A DNA stretch of 64,000 bases from Octopus vulgaris (taxonomy: Eukaryota), in contig OX597819.1 in the NCBI GenBank assembly GCA_951406725.2, positions 63,116,001 to 63,180,000 of the forward strand, given 5' to 3'. The notes beneath the pieces are model-generated. The model saw nothing but the letters and a program-made list of their open reading frames with translations. It made no database searches and was not told the DNA's origin. Position numbers and translations under genes: made by a program. This document shows positions 13,866 to 26,914 of the stretch, one piece after another (the stretch's first letter is position 1; each line of letters opens with the position of its first letter).

Positions 13866-14582
13866 AGAGAGAGAGAAAGAGAGAGCGACAGACAACGGAA
13901 TTTGGTGAGTATGGGAGATCATTTAGGAGCACAACATGCATAATGTAAGGATTTCCATCAACATTTTTAGCCTTGTTTACTTGAAACAGCTGTTGGTCAT
14001 TCTGCACATTGGGAGTGACCGAGAATGGGAGAAAAGGAACAGTGAAAGCGGACGTTTCCGTGGAATTCACTGCTAAAAGACTCATAATTGATTAGAAGAA
14101 TGAAAGAGGAATCAAGAAAAATGACTGAGAACCTTTGGATCAGGTACCAAAACAGGCTGCATTTTGATAGTCGAGAAAGGAGTGTGATGTACGAACGCAA
14201 GTGCGCACACCAAGTCCAAGCAGTGATCCAAGATTGGCGCTTGTGAATGAAAGCCATTCTGTCTAGTGACTTAGAGCAATTCTCATGGTGTTGAGAGCTT
14301 GCTTTTTCTTAGACGTAAGGGACAGGAAGGCATTGGGGAATTTTGTTCAATGTAGGAAATAGGGGTGTTTTGAAGGATGATTTCATTCAACCACTGGCTG
14401 TTTCCTATAGGGTAGAAGTGAAGCATATATACATGTACCTATCTATCTATCTATCTATACATTTTTGTATCTATAATATATGTATCTTTACTTACACATA
14501 CATATATTATACGTCTATTCACGTAGCAAGCAGTGCAGCTGACTGAACAAGTGCACTCTTATTCTCAAATCATTAAGAACCC

Positions 14583-14621
<39 letters not shown>

Positions 14622-14844
14622 TGTTTGCACGCTTGTTGGCATATATATATACATACATAACCACTACCGGCAATCATGCATTAATACACTTGTACGTTTA
14701 TAAGCATATATGATTGAATGAGTGCCCATGTAAGTGTGTGTGTGTGTGTGTGTACGTGTGTGTTTTGCGTGTGAGTGTATGTGTGTCCGTGTATGTCTGT
14801 GTGCTTCTGTTTATGTACTCCTGTGTATCTACGTGTGCTGACTT

Positions 14845-15070
14845 AGTTTTTCAGCGAGGCACTTAACATCACATCGCTTTGAAATAGTAATGAGGAAAAC
14901 CTGTTACTTAAGCCGTATCTTACTAACTGAATGATCTGTTTTAGGATCTCTTCAGACCTCATTAATGTCAAGTTTAAAATCTGACGTCCTTTGATCATGG
15001 CGAGGCTCTGCCTCGTTTTCGTGATCGGATTATTGTCGTCTCCATTAGCTTTAAACATTAGATTCTAAGC
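14845..15070 (-). repeat. Diverged inverted-pair copy 1 (copy 2 at 22055-22270 +)
   Basis: Shared TTAATGAGGTCTGAAGAGATCCTAAAACA and flanks; ORF 14843-15058 is intact in this copy. Confidence 0.8.
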
Positions 15071-15407
15071 TGTTGCAGGAGGTAATTTGCCAATAAAACG
15101 ATTATATTTCCTCCTTTTTTTTTCCGTTTATTTTCTTTTTTCTTTTCTTTGTACTCACGTTTTTATTTTATTTTATTATCATTATTTGTTGCTGTTAAGT
15201 TATTTTTCTGTCTGAATTTCAATTTAATTCATCTGTCACATTTTTTTCTTTCTGCATGAAATGCAATGGACTATCTACAAAAAAAAAATTTGCATTCATA
15301 TACATACATATACTACATTCATTCATACATACATACATACCTGCATACATCTGTACATACATACATATGAATACATATGTTTATGGATGTGTGTGTTTGT
15401 GTATGTA

Positions 15408-15443
<36 letters not shown>

Positions 15444-15448
15444 CGTTT

Positions 15449-15506
<58 letters not shown>

Positions 15507-16061
15507 ATGTATATATGATGCATGTATATATAATTATTAAATTGAACAAAAAGAGACACCTTTTAACACGAAACAAAATGTAATGATTTATGCGCAGAAT
15601 ACATAAACACACACACACGCACAAATATATATATATATATGTATGTATGTGTGTGCGTGTGTGTCTGTATGCATGTGTATATATATATGTAAGTATATGT
15701 ATATAAATATATATATGTGTGTGTGTATGTGCGTGTGTGTATATGTGCGTGTGCTTTATATAGTGGATCGATAATTTCGCAGTAATTTGGAGGCACGAAA
15801 ACGTAACAACACGTAGGAGTGGTCGCCCAAGAAAGAGGTGGTAAGTCTGCAAACAGAGTTGCTTGGCGTTAATGTATGACGTTGCTTTAAGTTGCACGAT
15901 GTGGGTTGTCTCGTGTTGCTTGCATGCACAATGTTATATTGCAGACACTGAGGTAGTGTTGTATTATCATGCAGTCAGTTGGTAAGTAATTTATTACATT
16001 TTGCTTGGAGGGTGTGGCCATAATAATTAAACACTTTGTGCAAGTGACGCTAACAGATATA

Positions 16062-17046
16062 CACAGGGTGGGTGAGAAATAAGTAGACATTAAAAAATTG
16101 GTGATAAAATTCATATTCCTTTTACAAATTTATTATAAGAAATGATACATGTTCTTTTTTACATTTGAAAATGAAAGTAAAACTTAATATTTCAACGTAA
16201 ACACCGCTGGCTTCAACCAGTTTCCTCGAACGGCCAGGGATGGAATGAATAACCTTCTGAAGGATGCCGTCTGGGATATCATTGAGAACCTCTTGAATCC
16301 CGTTTCCAAATTCTCCAGCGTGCGAGGTTTTGTCATGTACACCTCCTCTTTTGTGCAACTCCACGGGTAAACATCACATGGAGTTAGATCTCAACATCTT
16401 GGAGTTCTGGACGTCTGCGGTCACAGTCATCAGGATTTAGCTCCTGCACGTAATTGGGCTTTCACGGTCGAAGATTCCATTCTTTATGCAACTCCGTACG
16501 CGTTGTGTGTCTTCATGGTCCACTTTCACGAACTGCTTGATTTTTGCGGGATCGGGATGTGGTTGAACGGCCACTTTTTATTGCATCGTTCACAGAGCCC
16601 GTGGTCAACAGCTTTGCATGACAAAGTTTAATTGTATCTAGATATAGTGTTGCATGTTTACCTTTCCATGCACGCCATCATCTCTGAAGCAAACCAAAGG
16701 AATTCCACACTTCATAGCGTGCTGCTATCTTAGCTCATTCCTGAACAGTCAAACGACAGCCCATCTGGGAAATAAGAAATAAGACAATAAGAAAATAGAA
16801 AAATCCCCGTTAGTATTGTCTGTTCAAAAATATTTTCGTCAGTTCGTCAGTGATACTAAAAATTCTGTAAGCAATTTCTAATGCCTACTTACATTCCACC
16901 AACTGGTGCTTACGTTATATGAAGTTTTACTTTCATTTTCCAAATGTAATAAAGAACATGGATCATAAGTTATAATAAATTAGTAAAAGGAATATGAATT
17001 TTATTACCAATTTTTTAATCCCTACTTAATTTTTATCCACCCTGTG
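16062..17046 (-). mobile_element. Tc1/mariner-superfamily remnant (maT/DD37D-like) inside a larger inverted duplication
   Basis: TA-CACAGGGTG...CACCCTGTG-TA ends. Minus strand DLTPCDVYPW (cf. SPDLTPCDFFLWG) and C-terminus ...IPDGILQKVIHSIPGRSRKLVEASGVYVEI. Confidence 0.75.
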
Positions 17047-17322
17047 TATATCTGTTAGCGTCAATTGCCAAAGCGTATATTTATTATGGCCACACCCTCC
17101 AAGCAAAATGTAATAAATTACTTACCAATGGACTGCATGATAATACAACACTACCTCAGTGTCTCTAACTCTGTTTCCAGACAAACCACCTCTTTCTTTG
17201 GGGACCACTCCTACGTGTTGTTACATATTCGTGCCTCCAAATTACTGCAAAATTATCGATCCACTACATAAAACACGCGCACATACACACACGCACACAC
17301 ATATAAATATATACATATACTT

Positions 17323-17357
<35 letters not shown>

Positions 17358-17387
17358 CACATATATATATATATATATATATACACA

Positions 17388-17421
<34 letters not shown>

Positions 17422-18327
17422 TGTGTGTGTGTGCGTTCCTGTGTACCTGTCATTATGTGTGTGTTTGGTTAAGTGTTAGGATGTTTGATGAATTGCCATG
17501 TGATCTTCATTCCGATTCTTTACATTCTGATTTCAGTTCTAGGGAATTTCACCCGAAGAAATTTCGATTTAACTCATCTCATAAGGCTTGTTTGTATATT
17601 TTTTAAAGTTAGACGTTAAATAAGGAGTTGACTTTCTAGTGCGTTTAGAAAACCTTTAATCAGTCTTTTTTATTATTAAAAAAAAAATGCTGACATGGTA
17701 CGCTTATTATTGTCCATTCTGCGAATTTTTCTTCCCCCAAATTTTCCTATTCGGCAAAATTTTTGCAGTGAATTTTCCGCACACTTCTGAGTTCAGATAA
17801 CACTTAATCTTATGTTACTTTAATTATTTCAGCGCCGATAAGTGTTATAATATGAACGGTATTGCATTTATACCCCTTCCTGTCTGTCTGTCTCTCTCTG
17901 TCACTCTCTCCGCCGTTTTTCTTTTAGTGCTTCACTTTTGTCTTTCACTCTATCTCCCTCTTTCTGTAATAATAATTATCCGCTTTGTGACCTGAATCGA
18001 AGATGGATGAACTTTGTCAGCGAAAACAATTGGCTAAGACATGCCCTATGTCACAACTGCGCCCCAGCATTTCACTCAGAACCTGCATGGCATGTTTCAC
18101 GCACTCACGTATATGTTGGAATGTGTGAATGTGTGTGTACGTGTAAGCTTATACACGGCGACTGGTTGGCTTCCCTGCTGACCGTAGAATTGGCCGTTGT
18201 AGGGTTCATGTTTGTGAGATAGTAAGGCAAACACATATGGAGTATTGTGGAGAAAATTCATTCAAAATAAAGGGAATAATAGAGTGCGAGGTGTATCAAT
18301 CAAGATTTTGGAGTGGAATGTTGTAAT

Positions 18328-18628
18328 TTGTTCCTTCTCGAGCCATACCTGGCTCATAAGGGCCGGTTTCCCGGTTTCATTGGGGTATAAGTTCCCGACC
18401 TGGACGAGATGCCGGTCCGTCGCAGGTGAGCTGCTAGATGCAGGAGGAAGGAGTGAGAGAAAGTTGTGGTGAATTAGTCAGCAGAAGTTCGCCATTACCT
18501 TCTGCTGGAGCCGCGTGAAGCTTATGTGTTTCGCTCATAAACACACACATCGCCCGGTCTGGCATTCGAACTCGCGATCCCTCGACCGCGTGTCAACTGC
18601 TCTAACCACTAGACCACGTGACTCCACA
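18328..18628 (-). mobile_element. Full-length tRNA-derived SINE (family C) with TSD
   Basis: 5' GTGGAGTCACGTGGTCTAGTGGTTAG (A box), GAGTTCGAATGCC (B box). 17-bp TSD GAGTGGAATGT(T/A)GTAAT at 18311-18327 and 18629-18645. Confidence 0.9.
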
Positions 18629-20109
18629 GAGTGGAATGTAGTAATGTTTAAATCCTGTAACCGCAAATAACTAATGTAATAAGGAACTTCTTTCAGGAAG
18701 GTATATTTTCTTATATGAGACATTGGTAATCCTCATACACATTCAGTTTCTTGTGAATGGCGCATGTATATGAACATGTATATGAACACCATAACTGATA
18801 CATGATAGTTTTTTCATTGGGTTTACTATCAAGCTGCGTTACATTTGTACTGGAATCGTCGGTGATGTCTACGAAATTTACTATGCTAAGCTTATTAACG
18901 ATCGCCCTATTCTTTGTCGAAGACCAGTGTTATTCTCTCATGCATAGTATAATTAATATTATTAACATCCAAATTAATATGCGCTCTAGAGATGCCAAGG
19001 GCGGTTATTTGTATTGATTTCAAAATTAAAAGATTATATTCAACGAATTCAACTTGAGCGATCTTAGAATCATAGCAAATGTTATTAGTAATATTCGTTT
19101 TAATTCTATTGAACCAACTAATTACTATACCACCATTATTCTATAGCTGGCATTTGGTTGCATTTCTAATATTATAATTAATTTTCTTTAGATATTACTT
19201 CAAACTGATGCAATTAATCTGTATTTGGTATCGAAGAAAAGTTATCTTTGTAAACCAATCTCATAATATATTTCTTTATGTTATTGAGATTTTATCCAAT
19301 TTCAATTTTAGCTAATTTTTTGACAATAGCCGTTTTGGAATATTAGGAGATGTCATTAAGTATTGTATATATGTGCTATCTTTCTTTAGAAAGAGAATAT
19401 TCTATAATATTCACTGCTATCTATTTACGTATCTAACTATCCGCAAATAGTTTTAGGAATATTTTTGTGTGCGCTAACGTCGTTGTCGAAAGAGTTAATG
19501 GGCGCACGGAAGCGTGTGTTAGCTAACATGTCTAAGAGGTCACGTTTGAAAGGTTTAATTTGTTTAAACCTCTGTACTCTTGCTCGTGTTTAATACGCTA
19601 GAGGTACTGTGGTCATTTCCGTGATATCAAATTTGCGGAAGACTGCTTTCTATCGAATGCACTTAATTATATCCTTTGCTTTCTCAAGAAAAAAATAATA
19701 AAAACGTTAGGAAAAAGATGAGGCTGAAGCAACGGAATAATATCAGTCTAATCATTATATAGTCCAATAGTATTATGTAGTCCATTATAATAGTTTAAAC
19801 ACAAGTCTAAGTTCACTCGGTTTGACATCGTTACATTTATTTCATTGATTTCTTAAGCGGTTTTGACATTGCCTGAGTGTAAAGTCATAAACGTTTGAAA
19901 AATTTCCGATGGATTTTAAGCGCTTGGAACGACCACCTTGGGGTAAAAATGACAGAAATGGCTATGTGGTAAGCTATTGCTTCACAATCACGTGGTTCTG
20001 GGTTCAGTCCTACAGCGTGGCACAACAGCCTCGGGACGACCAAAGCTTTCTGAGTGAGTTTTGTAGACAGAAACTGAAAGAAGCCCGTCGCATATATATA
20101 TATATATAG

Positions 20110-20535
20110 CAATAATAAATCTCTGAGCGAGATATAAGCAGTAGCAGCACGACATGGTGAAGTATATTTGCTACCTAAATGTGGCTGATCCATAAGGGAT
20201 GATGCTACTGTTGTTCATAACTCCAGGAAGACATCTCCTCCAGCTGGCTAACGACATATTCTTTGTGCCCGATCAGTTTTTGCGAAAGGAAATCATCGTT
20301 CCTATCTCTAGCCTTACGTCATACACACGGACCCTGGTTTCTGAATAGTATCCCGTCATCAGCGTGTAACAATCAGGCTAGAGATAGGAACGATGATTTC
20401 CCTTCCCAAATACTGATCGGGCACTGACAGTGAGTCGTTAGCCAGCTGGAGGAGATGTCTTCCTGGGGCTATAAACAACCGTAGCATCGTCCCATATGGG
20501 TCAGCCATACTTAGGTGGCAAATATACTTCACAAT
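20110..20535 (-). mobile_element. Fold-back element with HHR in the loop
   Basis: Arms 20157-20314/20375-20532, 60-nt spacer. Confidence 0.85.
20325..20367 (-). ncRNA. Minimal type I hammerhead ribozyme
   Basis: ACACG CTGATGA cgggatactattca GAAA CCAGGG TC CGTGT: perfect 5-bp stem I, intact core, GUC triplet; stem II weak. Confidence 0.75.
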
Positions 20536-21248
20536 ATATATATATGTGTATGTGTGTATGTGTGTGTGTTTGTGTGTTTGTGTGTTCATTTGTGTGTATG
20601 TGCGTGTGTTTGTGTGTTTTTCACCACCACCGCTGGACAATCGATACTGTTGTGTTTCCGTCCATGTAACAGTTCGGTAAAATAAACGTTTAGTATAAGC
20701 ACCAAGCTTAAAAATAAAGAACCGGTGTCGATACATTCGACTAAAGTTTTTCACAGCGGTGCCCCAGCGTGGCTGCAGTCTAATGAATGAAGCAAGCAAA
20801 CGATAAGATAATTAAAAAAACGTATAAGAATTTTGAAATTTTGAAATTGATGGGTCAGTTCATTCAAGACACGTAAGTAGTCATATATAAGGAACATTTA
20901 TTAAATCCCTTATTAACCTTTTACAACTTTTTGACCTAAAAATAACCGTTACTACTAAACATAAAATCATAAGTTTCTTAGATGGGAGACTAGATTAGTG
21001 TAGGTCTATACTAGTAGAATTTTTATTGTACATCAAATGAAGAAACAATGTCGTCTCTTAATATTTGCTCTTGTAACCGGCTTATAGTTTTGAAAACTTA
21101 GTCAGTAATATTTTTAAGTGGATTAATAAAATTTCTTTGAATAAAATCGAAAAAAAGAACCGATTCCTGTAATGAATGGTTATAAGAAAATTCCGAAAAG
21201 ATAGGGCTTGCAGGAAAAAGAAATGAAGAAGCAAATCAACCTACTTAC

Positions 21249-21352
21249 ACGCGCATGGAACAGTAGAAAAGTTCAGTATGTCAAGTTCTGTATGTTCGTT
21301 ATAAACATTCCAAAAGACGGAGCTTTGTATCTTGCTTAGAAACCAGTTAAGT
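21249..21352 (-). CDS. Candidate exon of unknown host gene
   Basis: TTCTTCCTGTAAAG| acceptor, open frame LNWFLSKIQSSVFWNVYNEHTELDILNFSTVPCA, donor |GTAAGT. Confidence 0.3.
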
Positions 21353-21518
21353 CTTTACAGGAAGAATTCAAAAAATTTGTTGTAGAAAATAATGCAGAAG
21401 CAGACACACAGACACACACACATACACGTCAATATGAGATGCTTACCTGTAACAATACTGTAATACTGTACTTTTCCGACTTTCTACAACATATCTACGT
21501 TAAGCAAAATATGCAGAA

Positions 21519-21554
<36 letters not shown>

Positions 21555-22399
21555 CAAATATATACATATTTGATATATTTGATAACATCACACCTTATCA
21601 CATGTTTGCAATATTACAATAAATGCACCATCTATGAGAACGCTATGAACACTTTACTTGCCGCAACGCATATTTTATGCATGCACTTCTTTCAATATCT
21701 ATCGAATAACACAGTGCCGAAATATGGAACCAATCGCTTCGCCTGAATCTCAAAGTACCACCATCCAGCACAAAACTACACCGTTACCAAGTGCGTCATC
21801 ATATTTTCAATTATGAATCTTATTTATATGTACATTTAGCCTCTTCTAAATTACACCTAATCATTCATCCAATAGGTTTTATTTTACTTATGCTTTCCAT
21901 TTCATATCAATATACACTTTGTATTCATACATGGATACAAGGAGGGTTGAGAAAACGAACCAGAAATATAAAGAAATAGAGAAAACTAGATGGAGAGCAA
22001 AAAGTATGACTAAAGTATTTGTTTCATTGATAAATTGTTTCATGCTTACTGTTTAAAAACTAATGCCTAGTGCTAATGGAGATGCCAATAATCCGATTAT
22101 GAAAGCGAGGTTGAAAACTCGACATGGTCAAAAGACTTCAGATTGCAAATTTGGCGTTAATGAGGTCTGAAGAGATCCTAAAACACATCGTTCACTTAGC
22201 ACATTATGGTTTAAAGATGGTTTGTCTCCTTGTTATTTGAAAGCGATGCTATATTAAAGCATTGCAGAAAAATCGCGAATCCTTACACAAACAAATGCAC
22301 ACACTGCAACATACATACATATATACATATATACACACATACATACAATATACATACATACATACATACATACAAACATACATATATACATACATACAT

Positions 22400-22935
22400 A
22401 ATGATTCGGGATAGAGAAGAGAAACTGTGCACAGTTGTGGAAATTAGCAGTCCAGTGGATGTTAACGTAAAACTGAAGGTCAGTCAGAAAGAGAACACCT
22501 ATGCTGAATTATTGAGAAATCTGCAGTTACCCTATCCAAATTACAAGTTCAAGTTTATACCTGTAATTATTGGGGCCCTGGGATATATAACACACTGCCT
22601 AAATACCAATCTTAAAGAATTAGGCTTCTCAAAACCAGAATGGGGAAAGCTAATTTGAAGACTGAAGACTCCTTCTATCACTGGAACTGTAAACATCTGT
22701 AAAACTTTCCTGAAGTTTATCATTTAAATATATATGAGCATATCTCGATATGCAAACATATGCATGAGAATACACACATAAAACATAGAAATCTACACAT
22801 ACATACATACATACATACAAACATACAAAAATACCCTGTTGTTGATGCTGAAATTCCAAGGAAGGAGCCTTGGATCTAGGTTAGAAACTGGTTCGTTATC
22901 TATTGGCAAGAAAGCTTGAAATAAGCAGAATGACA
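22400..22935 (+). mobile_element. 5'-truncated RLE-type non-LTR retrotransposon 3' end (R2/R4/NeSL group)
   Basis: DREEKLCTVVEISSPVD...KENTYAEL...FIPVIIGALG restriction-like endonuclease motif; internal stop; embedded in (CATA)n. Confidence 0.8.
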
Positions 22936-24564
22936 TACACAAATACATGCATACATAAATGCATACATACATAGTATATACATACATGCTTACATACATG
23001 CATACATACACACATACATAGTACACACGTACATACATACATACACACACACGTATACATACATACATACATACATACATACATGCATACATACATACAT
23101 ACACGCATGCATACATAGTATGAATCGTCATAGTGATCAACTGAGCTTCGGATGTGATTATCTCTTCGAAAATCAAAATTTAATAGGATGAATATAGGAA
23201 ACTGCAGTGAAACCTGCTGCGTCTATTCCCAGATAATAAATAAATTCCCAGTTATAACAATAACAATTGGAACACTTAGTTTCTTAGTAGATTCCTACGT
23301 GAAAGTCTGGAATAGCGAGGGTTTGCAGAAAACGATATCAACCAGCTAACTCGCTATAATGGGAAAGGTAAAAATATTGAGATCAAAATGGAAAATCGTT
23401 CTTGTTATCTACATTCCAGCTAGGGAACTTTGTATGCTTCTTGGAAACGAGTTCCTTCTTTACTAGAAGACTTCAAATAGTTAAAAGTAGTAGCGAACAT
23501 GCACATAACCACTCATACGTACATACACACAAACTTTTATACGTACAATTAAATAAGCTTACACATAATTAATTGACTGGTAACCACAGCTGCTGCTGCT
23601 GCTTCTTATTGCTGAGTGCATGTGGTAAGGGGATGGGAGAGAGTGTCTACAATAAGATGACAGAGAATGTGAAAATTCTACTTGAGCGAAGACAACTCCT
23701 TCAGGATTTCCTCATCTTGGGGTTTTTTTCCTTCGTCTGATTGAAAGATTTTATGGTGTTTCCATATTTCCATAAAATCCAAATAAATTTAAATACGTAT
23801 AAAAAACTGGTCTTAATTTTTCGATACTTAAGTAACGGCACGCCCCTTATTAAAATTCTTTTCTCGAGCCCTAGTACACATCAGGTTTCCATGTTTTATA
23901 AGTATCCAACAACACACCATTCCTCCCCCATACCACACCCCGCTGTTGAGAACGGCGGTCCATTACTAGGTGAAAGCCAGTAATTTTAAGGTGAAGGGAT
24001 AAGTCACTTACATAGACTTAAGTACTTGACTGGTACATTATTCTATCGGTTTCGAACGGAAGAACGGAATGGACCTCGGCGCTAATTATTTTGTACGACG
24101 TGGTAATGTTTTTTTCCAGCTTACCGCCTTCCCTTAGTACAAATTAATACATCTAATAACTGTTTAACTCTATTAATCCCTTACTATTATTAATTTACTA
24201 TCCCCTACTACTCCTGTGTCTACAACTACGACCCAAGCCTGTTAACTGAGTAAATTGCAGTCTTAACTGTGAGATAATACTGATTCGCCACTGGTGTTTC
24301 ACCGCTTTTGTTTACAAAGCTTTATCGTTACTTATAATATACATTTACCAGTGTGGTTAATATTAGGTCATGCTACATACAAGCGAAAACTGTACTATAT
24401 TAATTGATAGTTAAACAGTAATATAGTTAATTGTAACATCTAATGCATATACAAAGAAAAAAAAGTATTGCATTAATTTTTGCTATAATTTAATAAACAT
24501 TTTAAATTTAAAAACTAGTATTCATTTCATTATTGTGTAAACAACATACAATTTTAGAAAGAAA

Positions 24565-24667
24565 GTGTTTTACTCACGAGCACAACGCTTCGCCCGGTTC
24601 AGGATTCGAAACCTCACTGTTACGATCATGATGCTGACACCCTAACCACTAGGCCATGCGCTTCCAC
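24565..24667 (-). mobile_element. SINE family C head
   Basis: GTGGAAGCGCATGGCCTAGTGGTTAGGGTG...GGTTTCGAATCCTG. Confidence 0.75.
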
Positions 24668-24709
24668 TTTTGGTATTATACTTAGTGACAAAAAAATAAC
24701 TTTGCTTAC

Positions 24710-24963
24710 CAGTTGTATCATTCTGGTAGAGAAAATATTGTATGTACTAATACAGGCTGAGCGTATCATACTCGATAATCTTTGGGAAATAGATCGGTTA
24801 GCAAATGGGAAGAGGAATGTAACTTTAGGCGCAAAATAATATCTTCCGAACGGTAAAGGCCAATTTTTAATCGTAAGTTTGGAAGCAAATGTCGCATTAT
24901 TAATGAGACATATGCTGTCAAATCTATATCTCTTTGAGGGAAAAGTAGATTCGCTACGCGATG
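24710..24963 (-). CDS. Candidate exon, weak REJ-module (polycystin-1-like) resemblance
   Basis: AATTCTACAG| acceptor, 254 nt open (…FASKLTIKNWPLPFGRYYFAPKVTF…), CTG|GTAAGC donor; non-repetitive composition. Confidence 0.35.
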
Positions 24964-25087
24964 CTGTAGAATTATGTTTCATTTAATGTTTACAGTTTAC
25001 TCCATAACATTAAATGCAAGTAATATATAAGCATATCCATTTGTATATGCATAAACACACACATGCACATACACACAAACACACATA

Positions 25088-25392
<305 letters not shown>

Positions 25393-25414
25393 TATGTATA
25401 CATACACATATATC

Positions 25415-25870
25415 GTAGCTGCACCCTCATTACATGACAAAAATCATTGTTAAAACGACTTACTGAAATGATTCCTTATTGATGCCATGTGATGCCCTTA
25501 TATGACTTTTAAGCCCAGCCAAAATTTTACACATTTTGTTACATACTGCACAGCTGTTCTGGCTGGTAGGAGAAACAGGTACCACTATATGCAGTCTCTT
25601 AACGTGTCTTCTCAGACCTCCAGCTGAGAGGCACACCCTTCCATATTTTACACATGTTTTGTTGTGAATTGTAATAGCCACATAACTGTTTATCATGGGT
25701 CGATTCCTGTGAGATTTTTGATGGCTGACCAGGCCTTCACGATTCAAACACCTCCCACAAACCACACACACTCCTTTTAAGCTCCCTCCTAATTCTCTCA
25801 TACTTCACTCTCTCCCTCTCAAACCCTGAATAACCACTATGCCCTGTCTTCCTCCGTCCACCTCGGTCTA
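25415..25870 (-). mobile_element. RTE-clade LINE 3' end with C2H2-like fingers
   Basis: CVVCGRCLNREGLVSHQKSH / GRVCLSAGGLRRHVKRLH / CAVCNKMCKILAGLKSHIRASH, preceded out of frame by GFERERV; typical of RTE ORF C-termini. Confidence 0.6.
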
Positions 25871-26464
25871 TATTTTATCATATATGCAAAACTCCACATA
25901 TTCACTTCCCGAGTTTCCTTTTCGATACAATATGTGCGATTCTTTATTTATTCTACTGTACACTACGTATTTGCTTTCATATTTTTTAATTAATGTGTTA
26001 TACAGCGCATCTCTGTACTATATTTTTATTAATATATTAATTTTTAGGCGTGAAAATGCTTATTTTACCACAAAAATAATTAAAATCTTTAAAAAATATA
26101 AATACCTATCGGCCGCAGAAACCTGGGATATACTAAGGAGTCCGCGATATAAATTTACATATACTAACCAGAAAAATCCGCGATGTACTGGGGGTGCGAT
26201 AGGTAAACCGAGATATTGAGGGTGATTACCATATATATATATATATACGGAGGTGATGAGAGGTAATGGTATCATTGAGATCCAAAGGTGTCAGGTAATG
26301 CTGAATAAATGCTATAGATAGAGCATAGTTAAGTTCTAGGTTCGGTGATTAAGCGAATAATGGTTCAAAGCTGGTCTTATGTCAGCGTGTGTATATAAAA
26401 TATTTTTTCGTAATAAGATAAAAAAAAAGCAAGGCTGTGTAGATTTTAGAACGATTATAGATAG

Positions 26465-26512
26465 GTCTTACAGCTGTTTCCATGTTATTTATTATATTCC
26501 TTCATCGGAGAC
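26465..26512 (-). ncRNA. Minimal hammerhead ribozyme (core mutated)
   Basis: GTCT CCGATGA ... GAAA CAGCTG TA AGAC; palindromic stem III ACAGCTGT. Confidence 0.65.
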
Positions 26513-26662
26513 GGTGTGAGAGGACGGTTAAGCAATAGTTAATTTAGATAAGATTAATTTGTCACAATTAATCGGTTGCTATAATAAAACTCCGAGTATC
26601 GGATGTTGGGGCGGAAGCCCGCACCGGCATCTCTTCAGTTATCGAGGCAATCAAAATATCTG

Positions 26663-26723
26663 GATAACTGAAGAGATGCATGTGCGGGTTTCTGCCCCGA
26701 CATCCGAAACTCGGAGTTTTATT
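26663..26723 (+). ncRNA. Type I hammerhead ribozyme
   Basis: GATAA CTGAAGA GATG...CATC C GAAA CTCGGAG TT TTATT; intact core, GUU triplet. The mirror copy has GATA instead of GAAA. Confidence 0.65.
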
Positions 26724-26821
26724 ATGGCAACCGAATAATTGTCACATATTATATTACAGATAAATTCCTCTACTTATATAATATCGAGGTTTCTGTCATT
26801 ATTTTGTTGTCTTACCATTAG

Positions 26822-26852
<31 letters not shown>

Positions 26853-26853
26853 A

Positions 26854-26898
<45 letters not shown>

Positions 26899-26914
26899 GT
26901 CTGTCTGTCTGTCT

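Larger units (their letters stand above)
19955..20800 (+). mobile_element. SINE family B copy interrupted in its internal (TA)n by a fold-back element
   Basis: Head 19955-20090 (GGTTCAGTCC...AAACTGAAAGAAGCCCGTCG) and tail ~20600-20800. Confidence 0.75.
26248..26750 (-). mobile_element. PLE-type fold-back element with three HHR motifs
   Basis: Arms 26556-26645/26660-26750. HHR motifs at 26465-26512(-), 26583-26643(-) and 26663-26723(+). Tail homologous to 2840-3022; abuts (TA)n. Confidence 0.8.

Noticed and set aside
13880-14410. Possible old LINE fragment
   Set aside because: No diagnostic motif recovered in any frame.
18560-18628. tRNA genes suggested by A/B boxes
   Set aside because: These are SINE heads continuing into SINE bodies with TSDs; no complete cloverleaf.
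22850-22900. GAAGGA-GCCT...AGGT-TA-GAAA-CTGG-TT HHR-like motif in a LINE 3' UTR
   Set aside because: Lacks CUGANGA and stem I.
25460-25801. Host C2H2 zinc-finger gene
   Set aside because: No TGEKP linkers, frameshifted upstream, and the context fits an RTE LINE C-terminus.
26100-26232. Tigger/pogo-like right terminus
   Set aside because: Degenerate, and no matching left TIR found.
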